Assembly: GCA_965197475.1 (NCBI GenBank)
Contig: CBDANF010000003.1
Span: 3,136,001 to 3,200,000, forward strand
Source of the DNA: Candidatus Poribacteria bacterium
Lineage (GTDB): Bacteria > Poribacteria > WGA-4E > WGA-3G
Direction of reading: 5' to 3'
Length of the DNA: 64,000 bases
Shown here: positions 1-11,180 of the stretch, one piece after another
Layout: each line of letters begins with the position of its first letter
How positions within the stretch are numbered: position 1 is the stretch's first letter
The notes under the pieces: generated by a model
The model's database searches: none
Told to the model about the DNA's origin: nothing
Seen by the model: the letters and a program-made list of their open reading frames with translations, nothing else
Position numbers and translations under genes: made by a program

Positions 1-6
1 TCACCT

Positions 7-1092
7 ATGGCAACGATTTTCTATAGTCTTTCAGGCGAGGGGCGAGGACATGCGACACGTGTCCGTGCTGTTGTTGAGGAATTACGGAAGCATCACAGAA
101 TAGTAATCTATGCGCCTGGTCACGCTTATGATTTGTTGCATCCGGTGTATGAAGACACAGATGTTGAAGTAAAACACATTCCGGGGTTAGTTTTTCATTA
201 CAAGGATTGCCCTTCAACAGGACGGCGGCAGCTTGACACGCTTAAGACGGGAATGGAGGGGTTGCACTATATCGCAGGATATGCTGCCCTGTCGAAGCGC
301 ATCCAAGACGATATTGAGAAAGAAACCCCTGATTTAGTTATTACCGATTTTGAACCAGCACTCCCCAGAGCAGCACGACAAGCGGGAATCCCGTTTATCA
401 GTCTTGATCATCAGCATTTTTTACTCGTCTCAGACCTGAGCAAACTTCCAGCAGACCTACAGCGACACGCTTTTTTAATGGCACAGATTGTACGCGGGTA
501 TTATCATGGACAGGTGCAAACAGTTGTTTCTTCTTTCTACTTTCCGCCGCTGAAGACGAATGCTAAGGACGTTTCCCAAATTGGGGTGCTGTTAAGAGCT
601 GAGGTATTAGAGGCAACACCTGAACATGGCGACCACATTGTTGTCTATTTAAGACGTTTTGGCTCTCCAGAAGTTTTTGAAGCATTAGAAGCTTGCGGAT
701 GTGAGATGCGGATCTATGGACTCGGTGCACAACCGTCTACTGGACGTTTCCGGTTCTGTGAAATTGACATGCACAGGTTTATTGAAGACCTTGCTACCAG
801 CCGCGCATTAATCAGCACTGCTGGAAATCAACTCATCGGGGAAGCATTATACCTTGAAAAACCTGTGCTCGCTATGCCAGAGCACGGCAACCACGAACAG
901 CGTATTAACGGACACTTTCTCCGAGAAGCTGGCGCAGGGATGACTGTGAATATGGAACAAATTACACCCCTTTATACCCGATATTTTATGGAACAGTGTG
1001 ACGCGTTTCGGGCACGCATTAACCGTGGTCAGGTACACGGAAATACCACTGCTTTGAAAATAATTAATCAATATTTGCCCGGGGCTGCATAA
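7..1092 (+). CDS. GT-B glycosyltransferase (MJ1255/VC2487-like family)
   Basis: N-terminal 'SGEGRGHATR', plus 'PDLVITDFEP', 'ISTAGNQLIGEALYL' and 'HEQRING' motifs typical of this family. Confidence 0.8.
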   Translation: MATIFYSLSGEGRGHATRVRAVVEELRKHHRIVIYAPGHAYDLLHPVYEDTDVEVKHIPGLVFHYKDCPSTGRRQLDTLKTGMEGLHYIAGYAALSKRIQDDIEKETPDLVITDFEPALPRAARQAGIPFISLDHQHFLLVSDLSKLPADLQRHAFLMAQIVRGYYHGQVQTVVSSFYFPPLKTNAKDVSQIGVLLRAEVLEATPEHGDHIVVYLRRFGSPEVFEALEACGCEMRIYGLGAQPSTGRFRFCEIDMHRFIEDLATSRALISTAGNQLIGEALYLEKPVLAMPEHGNHEQRINGHFLREAGAGMTVNMEQITPLYTRYFMEQCDAFRARINRGQVHGNTTALKIINQYLPGAA

Positions 1093-1117
1093 ATCTCCGA
1101 GTATAAGGAATCATCAG

Positions 1118-2203
1118 ATGAACCGCATTCTATCATTTCTGCCTACCCTCTGGCGATCAAGGCTACGCAAGGTAACACAGCCGCGTTTTTTGACGTACAC
1201 CGTGACCTTTTCATGCAACGCTCGTTGCATCATGTGCGATTCATGGCGTAAACCTTCTCCGAACGATCTTAGCCTTCAAGAAATAGAAAACATCTTCGAT
1301 CAACTCCCACGCATGGATGCGGTTCGGTTAACAGGTGGTGAACCGTTTGTGCGGCGCGATATGTTGGAAATTGCACATCTTACTCAGGAAAAACTTCGCC
1401 CTTTAATACTCCATGTCACCACAAATGGATTTCTAACCGATCGGATTGTCCAGTTCTGTGAAGAGCGAAAACAGGATGTTCCGTTGAGCATGCTCGTTTC
1501 TGTAGACGGGATGAAAGATAAGCATAACACCGTCCGAGGACACGATAAGGCCTGGGATTTTATCGTCAAAACCCTTGAATCCCTCGCGCCACGTCAGAAG
1601 GAATTGCGGATGAGCCTCTCGGTAAATCAAACAATCGTTGACGCAGAGGGTGTTGAACACTACAAACGCCTGCGGGATTTCTTGAAACCTTTAGGTATTC
1701 GGAATAACGTTGTTATGGCGTATGACATCAGCGCAACCTACAATCTGGAAGAAGAGGTAGATGTCGCACCAACGCAGATAGGGGAATTCGCAACTTTCGG
1801 AGAATTTACTGATGAGCATCTCAACGATCTATTTAACGAGATAGAAAAGGATTTACGGAGTTATCCGCTCATGGATAGAATTGCCAAGAAATACTATCTA
1901 CTTGGTATACGCAATCGTTTACTTGGCGATAAAGGCAAACCTAACCCAAAATGTGTCGCATTAAATTCACATCTACGCATACTACCAGATGGACGTGTAC
2001 CGACCTGTCAATTTAATACGACATCTGTTGGTAATCTGCGTGAACAAAAGTTTGACAAACTCTGGGAAAACACCGACATTCAGAAACAGCGGAAATGGGT
2101 CAACAAATGCCCAGGGTGTTGGGCGGAGTGTGAAGTCCTTCCAAGTGCTATTTACACTGGCGATTTGCTTCGTCAAACGCTCTTTCCCGGTAGCAGTATC
2201 TGA
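1118..2203 (+). CDS. Radical SAM protein with SPASM/twitch domain
   Basis: CNARCIMC (CxxxCxxC), 'TGGEPF', 'TTNG', and C-terminal Cys cluster (C...PTCQ...CPGCWAEC); AAGGA RBS. Confidence 0.9.
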   Translation: MNRILSFLPTLWRSRLRKVTQPRFLTYTVTFSCNARCIMCDSWRKPSPNDLSLQEIENIFDQLPRMDAVRLTGGEPFVRRDMLEIAHLTQEKLRPLILHVTTNGFLTDRIVQFCEERKQDVPLSMLVSVDGMKDKHNTVRGHDKAWDFIVKTLESLAPRQKELRMSLSVNQTIVDAEGVEHYKRLRDFLKPLGIRNNVVMAYDISATYNLEEEVDVAPTQIGEFATFGEFTDEHLNDLFNEIEKDLRSYPLMDRIAKKYYLLGIRNRLLGDKGKPNPKCVALNSHLRILPDGRVPTCQFNTTSVGNLREQKFDKLWENTDIQKQRKWVNKCPGCWAECEVLPSAIYTGDLLRQTLFPGSSI

Positions 2204-2221
2204 ATCGTCCATCAGCACTTT

Positions 2222-3079
2222 TCAATCGGATTCTGGAATGGGCAAAACCTCACGAGATACTGGTTCCATCTTTTCTGAATATGTATTACCCCGAATCCAC
2301 ATGACTGGGCGCACATTCTTTACATTCTTATTAGGTACACGTTCTGAATCTGCACTAATATAATGTGCAACATTACAACGTCGAAAGCGAAGACTTTGGT
2401 TATCAGTGCTTTTATGGAGAATTTGGTTGTTGAACCAAACTACTGCTCCAGGTGGAGCTTCAACAGCAATACCATCTTCGTCCCGCGCACCGCGTGCTAT
2501 CTTAAACTCATTCTGTTGTGATCCTTCAAGGTTTTCATGCTCAAGAACGCCATATTTGTGGCTACCGGGAATAACGTATAGACACCCATTGTCTACATCT
2601 GCTGCATCAATAGCAGTCCATGTTCCGACTGTTTTTGTGGTTATATACTGATTGTTAAAATACCATTTGTCTTGATGCCATGGAAAACCTAAGCCGATTT
2701 TGGGAGGTTTCCAAATATACAGATTGTTGAGACCGAGGATATCTGGACCAATTAAGTCAACAATTGGATCCGTTAGACGCTTATCACGTGTGCGTGCAAG
2801 GAATTCAGGTGAATATTTATTTATATGATGAATACAGTGCATCGCGTGGGTACCTGATGCTTCAGTTTTTCCATCTCTAACTAATGCGTTTTGGTGAAGA
2901 TTTGCAGCAGGGAATGGTCGTTTCCCCACAGCAATGTCGTCTACGACTTGGCGGAGCACATCGTTTTCTTCTTCGGTAAAAACGTTGTAACGGACAAAGT
3001 ATCCATTTTCGTCCCAAGAGGATCGTTCTTTAGGCATCAGTCTAAACTTCCGTTCTTCGGCTGTTGTATTTGTGTCCAT
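2222..3079 (-). CDS. PhyH-family Fe(II)/2-oxoglutarate dioxygenase
   Basis: 'PWHQD' (HxD), 'NGCLYVIPGSHK', 'LHKSTDNQSLRFRR'. Confidence 0.9.
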   Translation of the reverse strand: MDTNTTAEERKFRLMPKERSSWDENGYFVRYNVFTEEENDVLRQVVDDIAVGKRPFPAANLHQNALVRDGKTEASGTHAMHCIHHINKYSPEFLARTRDKRLTDPIVDLIGPDILGLNNLYIWKPPKIGLGFPWHQDKWYFNNQYITTKTVGTWTAIDAADVDNGCLYVIPGSHKYGVLEHENLEGSQQNEFKIARGARDEDGIAVEAPPGAVVWFNNQILHKSTDNQSLRFRRCNVAHYISADSERVPNKNVKNVRPVMWIRGNTYSEKMEPVSREVLPIPESD

Positions 3080-3185
3080 TAATTAATGCCCCTTTCATAA
3101 ATTCTACTAAACTTTGGACAATTTTAAAAGTTCCGTATGGTAGATTAGGTTAGGTTGAACGTAACGCTTTACAGCTCTGAAAGAT

Positions 3186-3406
3186 GCTTCCACATATTTC
3201 GCCTCGCTGGGGCCAAAGAGGTGTGGATCACTGTATTTCTATAAACATTCCGCCCTGCGGGGTTTAGAATTCGGACAGATTACGGAAAGTGTAAGATTCT
3301 ATTGACATAACGTTACAAATTGCTTCCACAGGAGTTCTGTAATTGTGATTCGGAGATCGCTCCTACAGAATGTAAGAGGCGCAATGAATTGCGCGACTAC
3401 AAACGC
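3186..3406. repeat. REP-rich intergenic block, duplicated at about 53640-53883
   Basis: Near-identical core AATTCGGACAGATTACGGAAAGTGTAAGATTCTATTGACATA...GATTCGGAGATCGCTCCTACAGAATGTAAGAGGCG at about 3268-3381 and 53716-53830; GTAG-type palindromes (GTAGTCGCGCAATTCATTGCGC on minus strand). Confidence 0.8.
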
Positions 3407-3499
3407 ATGTTTTGTTAATGAAAAGCGATCAATTAGAAATGGTATCAGTTGCTGCGATGATTCCTAAAACTCTAGCGAGGATTTATGGTTATAGCAAAT

Positions 3500-3717
3500 T
3501 TATTTTTCATCGTTTGTGTTGTTAACTAAAGCGTCGCGAAGTTCTTGGTAGTATGTATCCACTAAATCACGGACACTATAGAAATCTTTACCTTGCATTG
3601 CTGCTTTAAATTCCTTCTGATGATTCTCAATGAATTGAAAAATCTGGCTCCGAGACGCGCTCAAAGACTCATCGTAATTGATGCTCTTAAGATACATTTG
3701 TTCATCTAATTCTAATT
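3500..3717 (-). pseudogene. 3' fragment of a hypothetical gene cut at an IS end
   Basis: The frame is open right up to the IS terminus at 3718 (LELDEQMYLKSINYDE...). Confidence 0.5.
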
Positions 3718-4721
3718 CTGATATTTATCAAAATTCTTCATATGTCAATGTTTATCAATGTTTTCTTGGTATTTGTTCATGAAAATGCTCGCTGAGATCA
3801 GACAGCATCTGCCTCTGTCCTGAAAGTTCAAGTTGTCCTTGATGAAAGGTTTTTCGCACGGAGCGACTGACCTGCTGTATCAAAAGGTAGCTCATCACTT
3901 TCACACCTAAGTTCGCATACGCGCCATTCCGTCCTTTTAGGCTCATGGATGCGAGGTTTAGGTCTGTTTTTAGATACCGCCAATACTGTTCTATACCGTG
4001 GTGTTGAGACCATATCCGCAGGATTTCACAAGCACGGAGTGGTTTCCCGAATACGAGCATTGTTCGGACTTTGCCACGGTCTGCCAAGAACAACACCACT
4101 ACTTTTCCAAAAGTTGGACTTGTGGCTTTAGTGCGATAGACCGGTTTATCGCAACCCCATTGATTGGAGAGGAGTTTGATCGGCTTTTTATGCTCCGAGA
4201 GTTTCGCCCTTTTTTCATCAATCATCATCACATAGTTGCTTTTTCCGTGCACAAGGATCGTTTCAAATCCCATTTCTCGCAAGGTGTCAATCAAGTGGTG
4301 GCTGCCATACCACGCATCGAAGGTGATCGGATAGTTTCGGATATCTATTCCGGTCTCTTCAAAGAAGGACACCACTTCCTTGAACATAGTGATGACACAG
4401 GAGGGTTTATCCGTGTTCCCGCGGCCTTGTTTGCTGACCAGTCGCATATTCAGCGGAATGATCTGATTTCCAATCTTTATTGTGATCCCCAATATATTTT
4501 GTCTCTTCATCGGCTGATTTGCTTGAGAAGACCACCAATCAGATACGTAGAAGAGCTCCGCTCCATAACGGAAAACAAAGGTATCATCCACACTGATGAC
4601 GATACACAGACGCGATAGGGTAGAAGCACTTTTTGATACTGCCTCCTATAGCACCTCTAACGCAATAGAACACCCGATACGCACAAAAAGATGCTGCCAG
4701 AGATAAAGACTCATCGTATTC
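3718..4721 (-). mobile_element. IS701/IS4-like element, partial copy 1 (transposase 3' part at 3755-4591), truncated by an IS3
   Basis: Near-identical to about 18798-19801; terminal CTGATATTTATCAAAAT; DDE motifs 'VDDT', 'FDAWY', 'IEQYWR'. Confidence 0.85.
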
Positions 4722-5972
4722 TGTACTGCCATCGGAAATTAGGGCCACTGTCTAAACCAAGATTGTGGTATAATAACAACCTAATTATAAGGAGTATCCG
4801 ATGGCGAAACGAAAACGAAGAAGCTTCACCCCCGAGTTTAAAGCGGAGGTTGTTCTTGAGGCCTTCAGCGGTGAAAGTTCCCAAGCAGAAGTGTGTCGCC
4901 GCCATAACCTCAGCGAAGACCAGCTCTCAAAGTGGAAGCAGCAACTCGTTGAAAATGCGGCATCTCTGTTTGCCTCCACGGATAAGCGATCCAGCGAGGC
5001 GGCCGAGCGGATCGCCCACCTTGAACAACTCGTTGGACGGTTAACCGTGGCATTAGACATCCCAAAAAAAGCCTCCACTTGGTTGAGTTACCTCGTCTGA
5101 TAAGCGAAACCTCGTTGAGGCGTTGCGGGACGATTATTCAGTTCACCAGATTTGTGAGACGCTGGGTTTCAACCGGAGCCTTCTCTATTATCACCCGAAA
5201 AGGGATCCTTCTGAAGAGGTGCTTGGTGAGGAAATAGAGAAGTTATGTGCGCGTTATCCGAAATATGGGTATAGGCGTATCACGCAGATGCTGTTGGGTA
5301 TGGGATACACCATTGGGTATCGGCGCGTCGCCCGATTGATGAAATCCCAGAACTTGTCGGTTTCGGTCAAAGGGGTTTCCAGTCAAACTACGAGATCGCT
5401 TGAAGGTGCGCAGCCTTGGGTGAATCGCCTTGAAGCACTTGACATCTGTCGATGTGATCAGGTCTGAGTTGGCGATATAACGTATGTCCGTCTCCACAGA
5501 CGCTTCGTCTATGTTTCGGTGCTCATGGATGTATTCACTCGCATGATAAGAGGGTGGCAGGTCAGCCAACATTTGAACACATCTCTGACCCTGAAAGCCT
5601 TGGAACAGGCAGGACGCCAAAGTATCCCAGAGAGCCACCATAGCGATCAAGGGGTTCAGTCCCTTTCAAGTGCCTATATCTCAACGCTGAAACAGCACGG
5701 CATTGAGATTTCCTTAGCGCGTAGAGGGTGTCCGTGGGAGAACGGGTATGCTGAAAGGAGACCCATCCGAACTCTCAAAGAGGAAGAAGTTCATCTCAAT
5801 GATTATGAGGATATAACCGATGCCAGCACACGCATCGGGCATTTTATCACACAGGTGTATCATCACAAACGCCCTCACTCGGCGTTAGGGTATTTGACAC
5901 CTGTTGAATTTGAACAACAAAACTTGTCTTAACTTTACTGATTTTTTGGCCCTAATTAGCGTTGGCACTTCA
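4722..5972 (+). mobile_element. IS3-family element, degraded (orfA 4801-5100; orfB broken by TGA at about 5465 and indels)
   Basis: TG...CA ends with IR TGTACTGCCATCGGAAATTAGGGCCA / TGGCCCTAATTAGCGTTGGCACTTCA; HTH orfA; rve motifs 'HHSDQG', 'WENGYAE', 'RPHSALGY'. Confidence 0.9.
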
Positions 5973-6164
5973 AACCGTGTCAAAAAACCCCAATGTGTAA
6001 ACAGAAGCGCAAAAATACACGTTTTAACGAGATTAGGAATGAATTCCCCATTGCTTATGTATTATCCTTGAAATATGTCATTGTATGTTGTATACTTAAT
6101 AAACATTTTTTTGTCGTAATTTAAAACTGAGTTTGTCAGGTAATAGGGAGATGATAGTAGAACA

Positions 6165-7157
6165 ATGAAAATTCTGATTGCTGGATTGGGTTCTATTGGC
6201 AGACGACATTTGCGGAATTTGCAAGCCTTGAATGCGGGAGAATTTGTATTGTTACGCTCACGTCGTTCCACACTTCCAGATGATAAATTAGCCGGTTTGC
6301 CCACGGAACAGGATTTAGCGGAGGCACTTCAGAATCATAGTCCTGATGTTGTCGTTATCTCAAATCCGACTTCACTTCACCTTGATGTTGCGATCCTTGC
6401 TGCTGAAGCTGGTTGCCACCTATTATTAGAGAAACCAATTTCTCATACGATGGATCGGGTGTCAACCTTAGCAGACATTGTGAAGCGACAAGACGTGAGA
6501 GTTCTTGTAGGCTTCCAATTTCGCTTTCACCCTGGCTTGCAGCATATTAAGGAATTACTTAATAATGATGCTATCGGTCCGGTTACATCTATTCACGTTC
6601 ATTGGGGAGAATACCTACCTGCATGGCATCCTTGGGAAGATTACCGTGACGGATATGCAGCACGCAGCGACCTTGGTGGTGGTGTTTTACTGACATTGTG
6701 CCATCCTTTTGATTACCTGCGATGGCTTATTGGAGAGGTTGACGCAGTATCGGCGATGACAGCACAAGAGGGTGGGTTAGACATTGAGGTTGAGGACACA
6801 GCGAATGTGATGCTCCGATTTGAAAATGGCGCAAATGGAACTGTCCATCTTGACTATGTTCAACGTCCACCTACACATACACTACAGATTACAGGACAAC
6901 GGGGACGTATTCTCTGGGATAACGAAGATGGCGCAGTCCATTGGTATCAGACTGACACTGAAAAATGGGAAATAGAGGAAATGTCACCCGATTTTGAGCG
7001 CAATACACTTTTTGTTGGAGAAGTTGAACATTTCCTAAATTGTATTGAAAGTGGAACAGAACCGTGTGTTAATCTGAACGATGGAATTGCCACACAAAAG
7101 ATTGTGCTCGCAGCGAAAGAGTCAAGCAGAGAAGGGAAAGAAATCATAATCGCATAG
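6165..7157 (+). CDS. Gfo/Idh/MocA family oxidoreductase
   Basis: 'GLGSIGRRH', 'LLEKP', 'GGGVLLTLCHPFDY'. Confidence 0.9.
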   Translation: MKILIAGLGSIGRRHLRNLQALNAGEFVLLRSRRSTLPDDKLAGLPTEQDLAEALQNHSPDVVVISNPTSLHLDVAILAAEAGCHLLLEKPISHTMDRVSTLADIVKRQDVRVLVGFQFRFHPGLQHIKELLNNDAIGPVTSIHVHWGEYLPAWHPWEDYRDGYAARSDLGGGVLLTLCHPFDYLRWLIGEVDAVSAMTAQEGGLDIEVEDTANVMLRFENGANGTVHLDYVQRPPTHTLQITGQRGRILWDNEDGAVHWYQTDTEKWEIEEMSPDFERNTLFVGEVEHFLNCIESGTEPCVNLNDGIATQKIVLAAKESSREGKEIIIA

Positions 7158-7189
7158 TTGTGTTGCCTGACGACATCAAGGGTTTCTGT

Positions 7190-8014
7190 ATGGACAAAGA
7201 TTATTTTGATTTACAAGGAAAGGTCGCTATCGTTACAGGTGGTGCAGGCATGTTGGGAAAGGAATATTGCCGCGCGTTTATCGAAGCCTCTGCACATGTC
7301 GTCATTGCCGATTTGCAGGGCGGTGCTGCGAAGGATTACGCAAGCCTCATCAGCACAGATGGAAACCCAAAAGCAATCGGTGTTGAGACTGATGTCACGG
7401 ATAAAATGTCTGTGCAATCAATGGTAACCCGAACCCTTGACGAATTTGGCAGAATAGATATTCTTGTTAACAACGCAGCCCTTGATCCAAAATTCGATAC
7501 TGAGCATGCATCTGAACACACAAACACCTTTGAAGACTACCCGTTGGAACTATGGAATGCAAGTGTAGCAGTTGATTTGACCGGAATGTTTCTCTGTTCG
7601 CAAGCTGTAGCTTCACCGATGCTTAAACAGAAAAGCGGCGTTATCATCAATATATGCTCAACTTATGGAGTCGTTGGACCAGATCAAAGACTTTATGAAC
7701 CAGATGATCCGACAAAAATCCGAACCTATAAACCTATTACTTACTCTGTCACAAAAAGTGCCGTGCTCGGTTTAACGCGCTACCTCGCAACGTATTGGGC
7801 AGGAAAAAACATACGTGTTAACGCATTGACACTTGGCGGTGTATTTAATGAACACGATGATGAATTTGTGAGACGTTATAGTTACCGGACTCCACTTGGA
7901 CGCATGGCAGAAAAATCGGAATACTGCGGGGCACTCCTATTTGTTGCTTCTGATGCTGCATCGTATATGACAGGGGCAAATCTTGTGGTTGATGGAGGTT
8001 GGACAGCATGGTAG
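7190..8014 (+). CDS. SDR family oxidoreductase (PtmA-like, nonulosonate-cluster type)
   Basis: TGGAGMLG, NNAA, YSVTK (YxxxK), 'VDGGWTAW'; start may be 7160 or 7190. Confidence 0.85.
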   Translation: MDKDYFDLQGKVAIVTGGAGMLGKEYCRAFIEASAHVVIADLQGGAAKDYASLISTDGNPKAIGVETDVTDKMSVQSMVTRTLDEFGRIDILVNNAALDPKFDTEHASEHTNTFEDYPLELWNASVAVDLTGMFLCSQAVASPMLKQKSGVIINICSTYGVVGPDQRLYEPDDPTKIRTYKPITYSVTKSAVLGLTRYLATYWAGKNIRVNALTLGGVFNEHDDEFVRRYSYRTPLGRMAEKSEYCGALLFVASDAASYMTGANLVVDGGWTAW

Positions 8015-9282
8015 ATCAAAAGTCAAACCCATCCTTGAATTCTAAAAAGTTGGAGGTATTAGGGGTCGTTCAAGCGCGCGGTGGCTCAAAAGGTATTCCT
8101 GGTAAAAACATACGAAACCTCGGTGGACACCCTTTGATCGCTTATAGCATCGCCTCTGCTCTGGCATCTTTATCAGTCACACGACTCATTATTTCTACTG
8201 ATGACGAGGAAATCGCTGATGTTGCCAAAGTTTATGGAGCTGAAGTGCTGTTTATGCGCCCAGATGCGTTAGCAACAGATGACGCACAGGATTTCCCGCT
8301 CTTTGAACATGCACTCGCTTGGTTTAAAAGTAATGAAAACTATGTGCCACAAGTGATTGTTCAGCTTCGTCCCACATCCCCGCTGCGTCCAAAAGGTTCA
8401 ATTGATGCTGCCGTTAAATTGCTGTCAGAGAATAATCGGGCTGATTGCGTTCGTACTGTAATTCCGTCTCAACAAAACCCTTACAAAATGTGGCGGGTGG
8501 GCGCAAGATATCTTATTCCACTGTTAGGTGATGAATTTTCGGAACCATACAACATGCCACGCCAGCAATTACCAAAAACCTATTGGCAAACAGGCCACCT
8601 TGACGTGATTCGTTATGAAACAATTGTTGAAAAAAACTCGCTCACAGGTGAACGGGTGCTACCGTTAATAATAGAACCGAAATACTGCACCGATATTGAT
8701 ACCCTTGAAGACTGGGAACATGCAGAGTGGAAGTTGTTACGTAACAACCTTGATATTGATTTTCCTAAAGAAATTGACCTTAACATACAATCAACAGACA
8801 ATCAGAAAAATACGATTCCATCTAAACCAGCTTTAGTTGTGCTAGATTTTGATGGTGTCCTGACCGATAATAGGGTTTGGGTTTCAGAATCAGGAGAGGA
8901 ATCCGTTGCTTGTAATCGTAGTGACGGCATGGGGTTATCTATGCTACGCAAAAGCGGTGTTCAAGTCGTTGTGCTTTCCACTGAACGAAACCCTGTTGTA
9001 GCCGCACGATGTAAAAAACTCAACCTTCCATGTGATCAAGGGATTGACGATAAACGTTCCGCCCTATTGAGATTGACAAAACAATACGAGGCAAACATGG
9101 ATGATGTCGTTTACATCGGAAATGATGTGAATGACTTAGAGTGCATCAATATCGTAGGATGTGGAATTGCTGTTGCCGATGCACATCCTTCTGTGCTTAA
9201 TGCTGCAGATGTTGTTCTTATCAATCGCGGCGGCTATGGTGCAGTTCGCGAATTTTGTGACCTACTGTTAAAATCGCATTAG
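8008..9282 (+). CDS. neuA: Acylneuraminate cytidylyltransferase fused to a C-terminal KdsC-like HAD phosphatase
   Basis: 'ARGGSKGIPGKN', 'LRPTSPLR', 'DIDTLEDW', then 'LDFDGVLTD', 'YIGNDVND', 'GGYGAVRE'; GGAGG RBS before ATG 8008. Confidence 0.85.
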   Translation: MVDQKSNPSLNSKKLEVLGVVQARGGSKGIPGKNIRNLGGHPLIAYSIASALASLSVTRLIISTDDEEIADVAKVYGAEVLFMRPDALATDDAQDFPLFEHALAWFKSNENYVPQVIVQLRPTSPLRPKGSIDAAVKLLSENNRADCVRTVIPSQQNPYKMWRVGARYLIPLLGDEFSEPYNMPRQQLPKTYWQTGHLDVIRYETIVEKNSLTGERVLPLIIEPKYCTDIDTLEDWEHAEWKLLRNNLDIDFPKEIDLNIQSTDNQKNTIPSKPALVVLDFDGVLTDNRVWVSESGEESVACNRSDGMGLSMLRKSGVQVVVLSTERNPVVAARCKKLNLPCDQGIDDKRSALLRLTKQYEANMDDVVYIGNDVNDLECINIVGCGIAVADAHPSVLNAADVVLINRGGYGAVREFCDLLLKSH

Positions 9283-9338
9283 GGAACACAGTCTCTTGAA
9301 CGCACCTGAACTAAGATAATACTAAAAAGGAGAAAAAA

Positions 9339-10229
9339 ATGTCTCAAGTTGTTCAGATTGGAGAAAAACATGTCGGAATGGGACAACCCGTTTATATCGT
9401 TGCCGAAATTGGGATCAACCACAATGGTGACATTGACATTGCGAAATCCCTCATTGACGCTGCTGTAAAGGCGGGATGTGATGCTGTCAAGTTTCAAAAA
9501 CGGACACCTGAGATATGTGTGCCTGCCGAACAACGGGATCAGATGCGTAGGACTCCGTGGGGATACATCAGTTATATGGAGTACCGCTACAAAGTAGAAT
9601 TCGGCATTGACGAATATACAGAAATTGATGAATATTGTCGTGCCAAAGGCATAGCTTGGTTTGCTTCTTGTTGGGATGAGCCTTCTGTGGATTTTATAGA
9701 ACAATTTAATCCACCGTGCTACAAAATTCCATCGGCAGCGTTAACCGATGCTGAATTGTTGGAGTATCATCGATCGATAAACCGTCTGCTGATTTTGTCT
9801 ACAGGGATGTCTACGCTTGACCAGGTGAAAGCCGCTGTCCAACTCGTTGGACAAGACGATCTAATTCTTCTACACTGTAACGGCACCTATCCTTGCCCAC
9901 CAGATCAATTAAATTTACGTACAATAACAACGCTTTCTAATATGTTTGAATGTCCAATAGGTTATTCAGGACATGAGGTAGGTCTTCCAACAACCCTCGC
10001 CGCAGTAACACTTCATGCTTGTTTTGTTGAAAGGCACATCACCCTTGATCGGGCAATGTGGGGTAGCGATCAAGCCGCATCCGTTGAACCACAGGGTTTT
10101 GACCGTTTAGTCAAATACATCCGCACCGTTGAAGCCTCTCTGGGTGACGGTGTTAAGCGGGTTTATCCAGGTGAAAAATCTGCTATGGAAAGATTAAGGA
10201 GGAAAGATACATTGATGTCACAATCATAA
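9339..10229 (+). CDS. neuB: N-acetylneuraminate synthase (NeuB family), lacking the C-terminal SAF domain
   Basis: 'AEIGINHNGD', 'DAVKFQKR', 'STGMS', 'GYSGHE', 'ERHITLDR..GSDQAAS'; 296 aa; AGGAG RBS. Confidence 0.9.
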   Translation: MSQVVQIGEKHVGMGQPVYIVAEIGINHNGDIDIAKSLIDAAVKAGCDAVKFQKRTPEICVPAEQRDQMRRTPWGYISYMEYRYKVEFGIDEYTEIDEYCRAKGIAWFASCWDEPSVDFIEQFNPPCYKIPSAALTDAELLEYHRSINRLLILSTGMSTLDQVKAAVQLVGQDDLILLHCNGTYPCPPDQLNLRTITTLSNMFECPIGYSGHEVGLPTTLAAVTLHACFVERHITLDRAMWGSDQAASVEPQGFDRLVKYIRTVEASLGDGVKRVYPGEKSAMERLRRKDTLMSQS

Positions 10230-10256
10230 TTTTGGTTGAATGACTGAAAATGTAGT

Positions 10257-10832
10257 ATGCGTTCCTATTTGCGCATACACTACTTTATTACCATGCTAAG
10301 AGAATTTACCAATAATGTTACCCGATGGGATACGTTGCTATTCCATCGCATCTTTGGTTGGAGCGATAGACGGTTTTTGAATCGTTCGCTTCGTCTGATT
10401 TCTTGGACTGCTAACGGATATTTGTATCCGTTTATTGCAATCTACCTATTTCTCAGGTTTGAAAGTACAGTTGGTACACCGTTTTTGTTGTCGGCAGTTG
10501 TTGCATTCCCAATTGAGAGATTTTTCTACCATCTGCTGAAACAGTCAATGAAACGTGACCGTCCCTTTGCGAAAATTGATGATGTTCAGTTCCGAGTTCG
10601 ACCACCGGATCAGTTTAGTTTTCCATCAGGACATACTACCTCGGCGTTCCTTGTGATGACACTGCTATCGAATCTCTTTCCTGTTCCAGCATTACAAATT
10701 GGAATATTTGTCTGGGCATCAATGGTCGGTGTCGCACGTGTATATCTCGGGGTACATTATCCGACTGATGTACTCGCAGGTGCGCTTCTCGGAATTCTTA
10801 CTGCCCATATAGGAATGTGGTTCGTCATGTAG
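10257..10832 (+). CDS. PAP2-family membrane phosphatase
   Basis: K-x-RDRP, 'SFPSGH', '[13 protein letters not shown]'. Confidence 0.9.
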   Translation: MRSYLRIHYFITMLREFTNNVTRWDTLLFHRIFGWSDRRFLNRSLRLISWTANGYLYPFIAIYLFLRFESTVGTPFLLSAVVAFPIERFFYHLLKQSMKRDRPFAKIDDVQFRVRPPDQFSFPSGHTTSAFLVMTLLSNLFPVPALQIGIFVWASMVGVARVYLGVHYPTDVLAGALLGILTAHIGMWFVM

Positions 10833-11180
10833 TAAAATCCTATTCTGCCAAGAACTTGACGCAAACTTTTTCCACATTTTGCGTTCCAATACTGAATGTT
10901 TTGGAACTTGGCATCTCTTTATCTGTTCGTTGGTTAAATGCAGTTCCAATATTCTTCCACACATTTCTGTGCACAAATAAATTTTAAATCTAAAATATTT
11001 TCCAAAAAAATATATAGTAAATTTTTGTTAATTGGTATAATGTGTCGCAACGCAATCGCTTATTTTTCTAAATACTTCTGCAAAATATATTGAGAGTATA
11101 AATTCGTATTGAGGCTTTGATTCTGCAGGTTTTCCTTAATAAAAAAATTCTACTGCAATAACTTAAAAAGGTGATTTCTG

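Noticed and set aside
5465-5467. In-frame TGA in IS3 orfB as possible recoding
   Set aside because: It replaces a Trp ('AWVGDIT' in the intact copy), and the element has other lesions, so this is ordinary decay.
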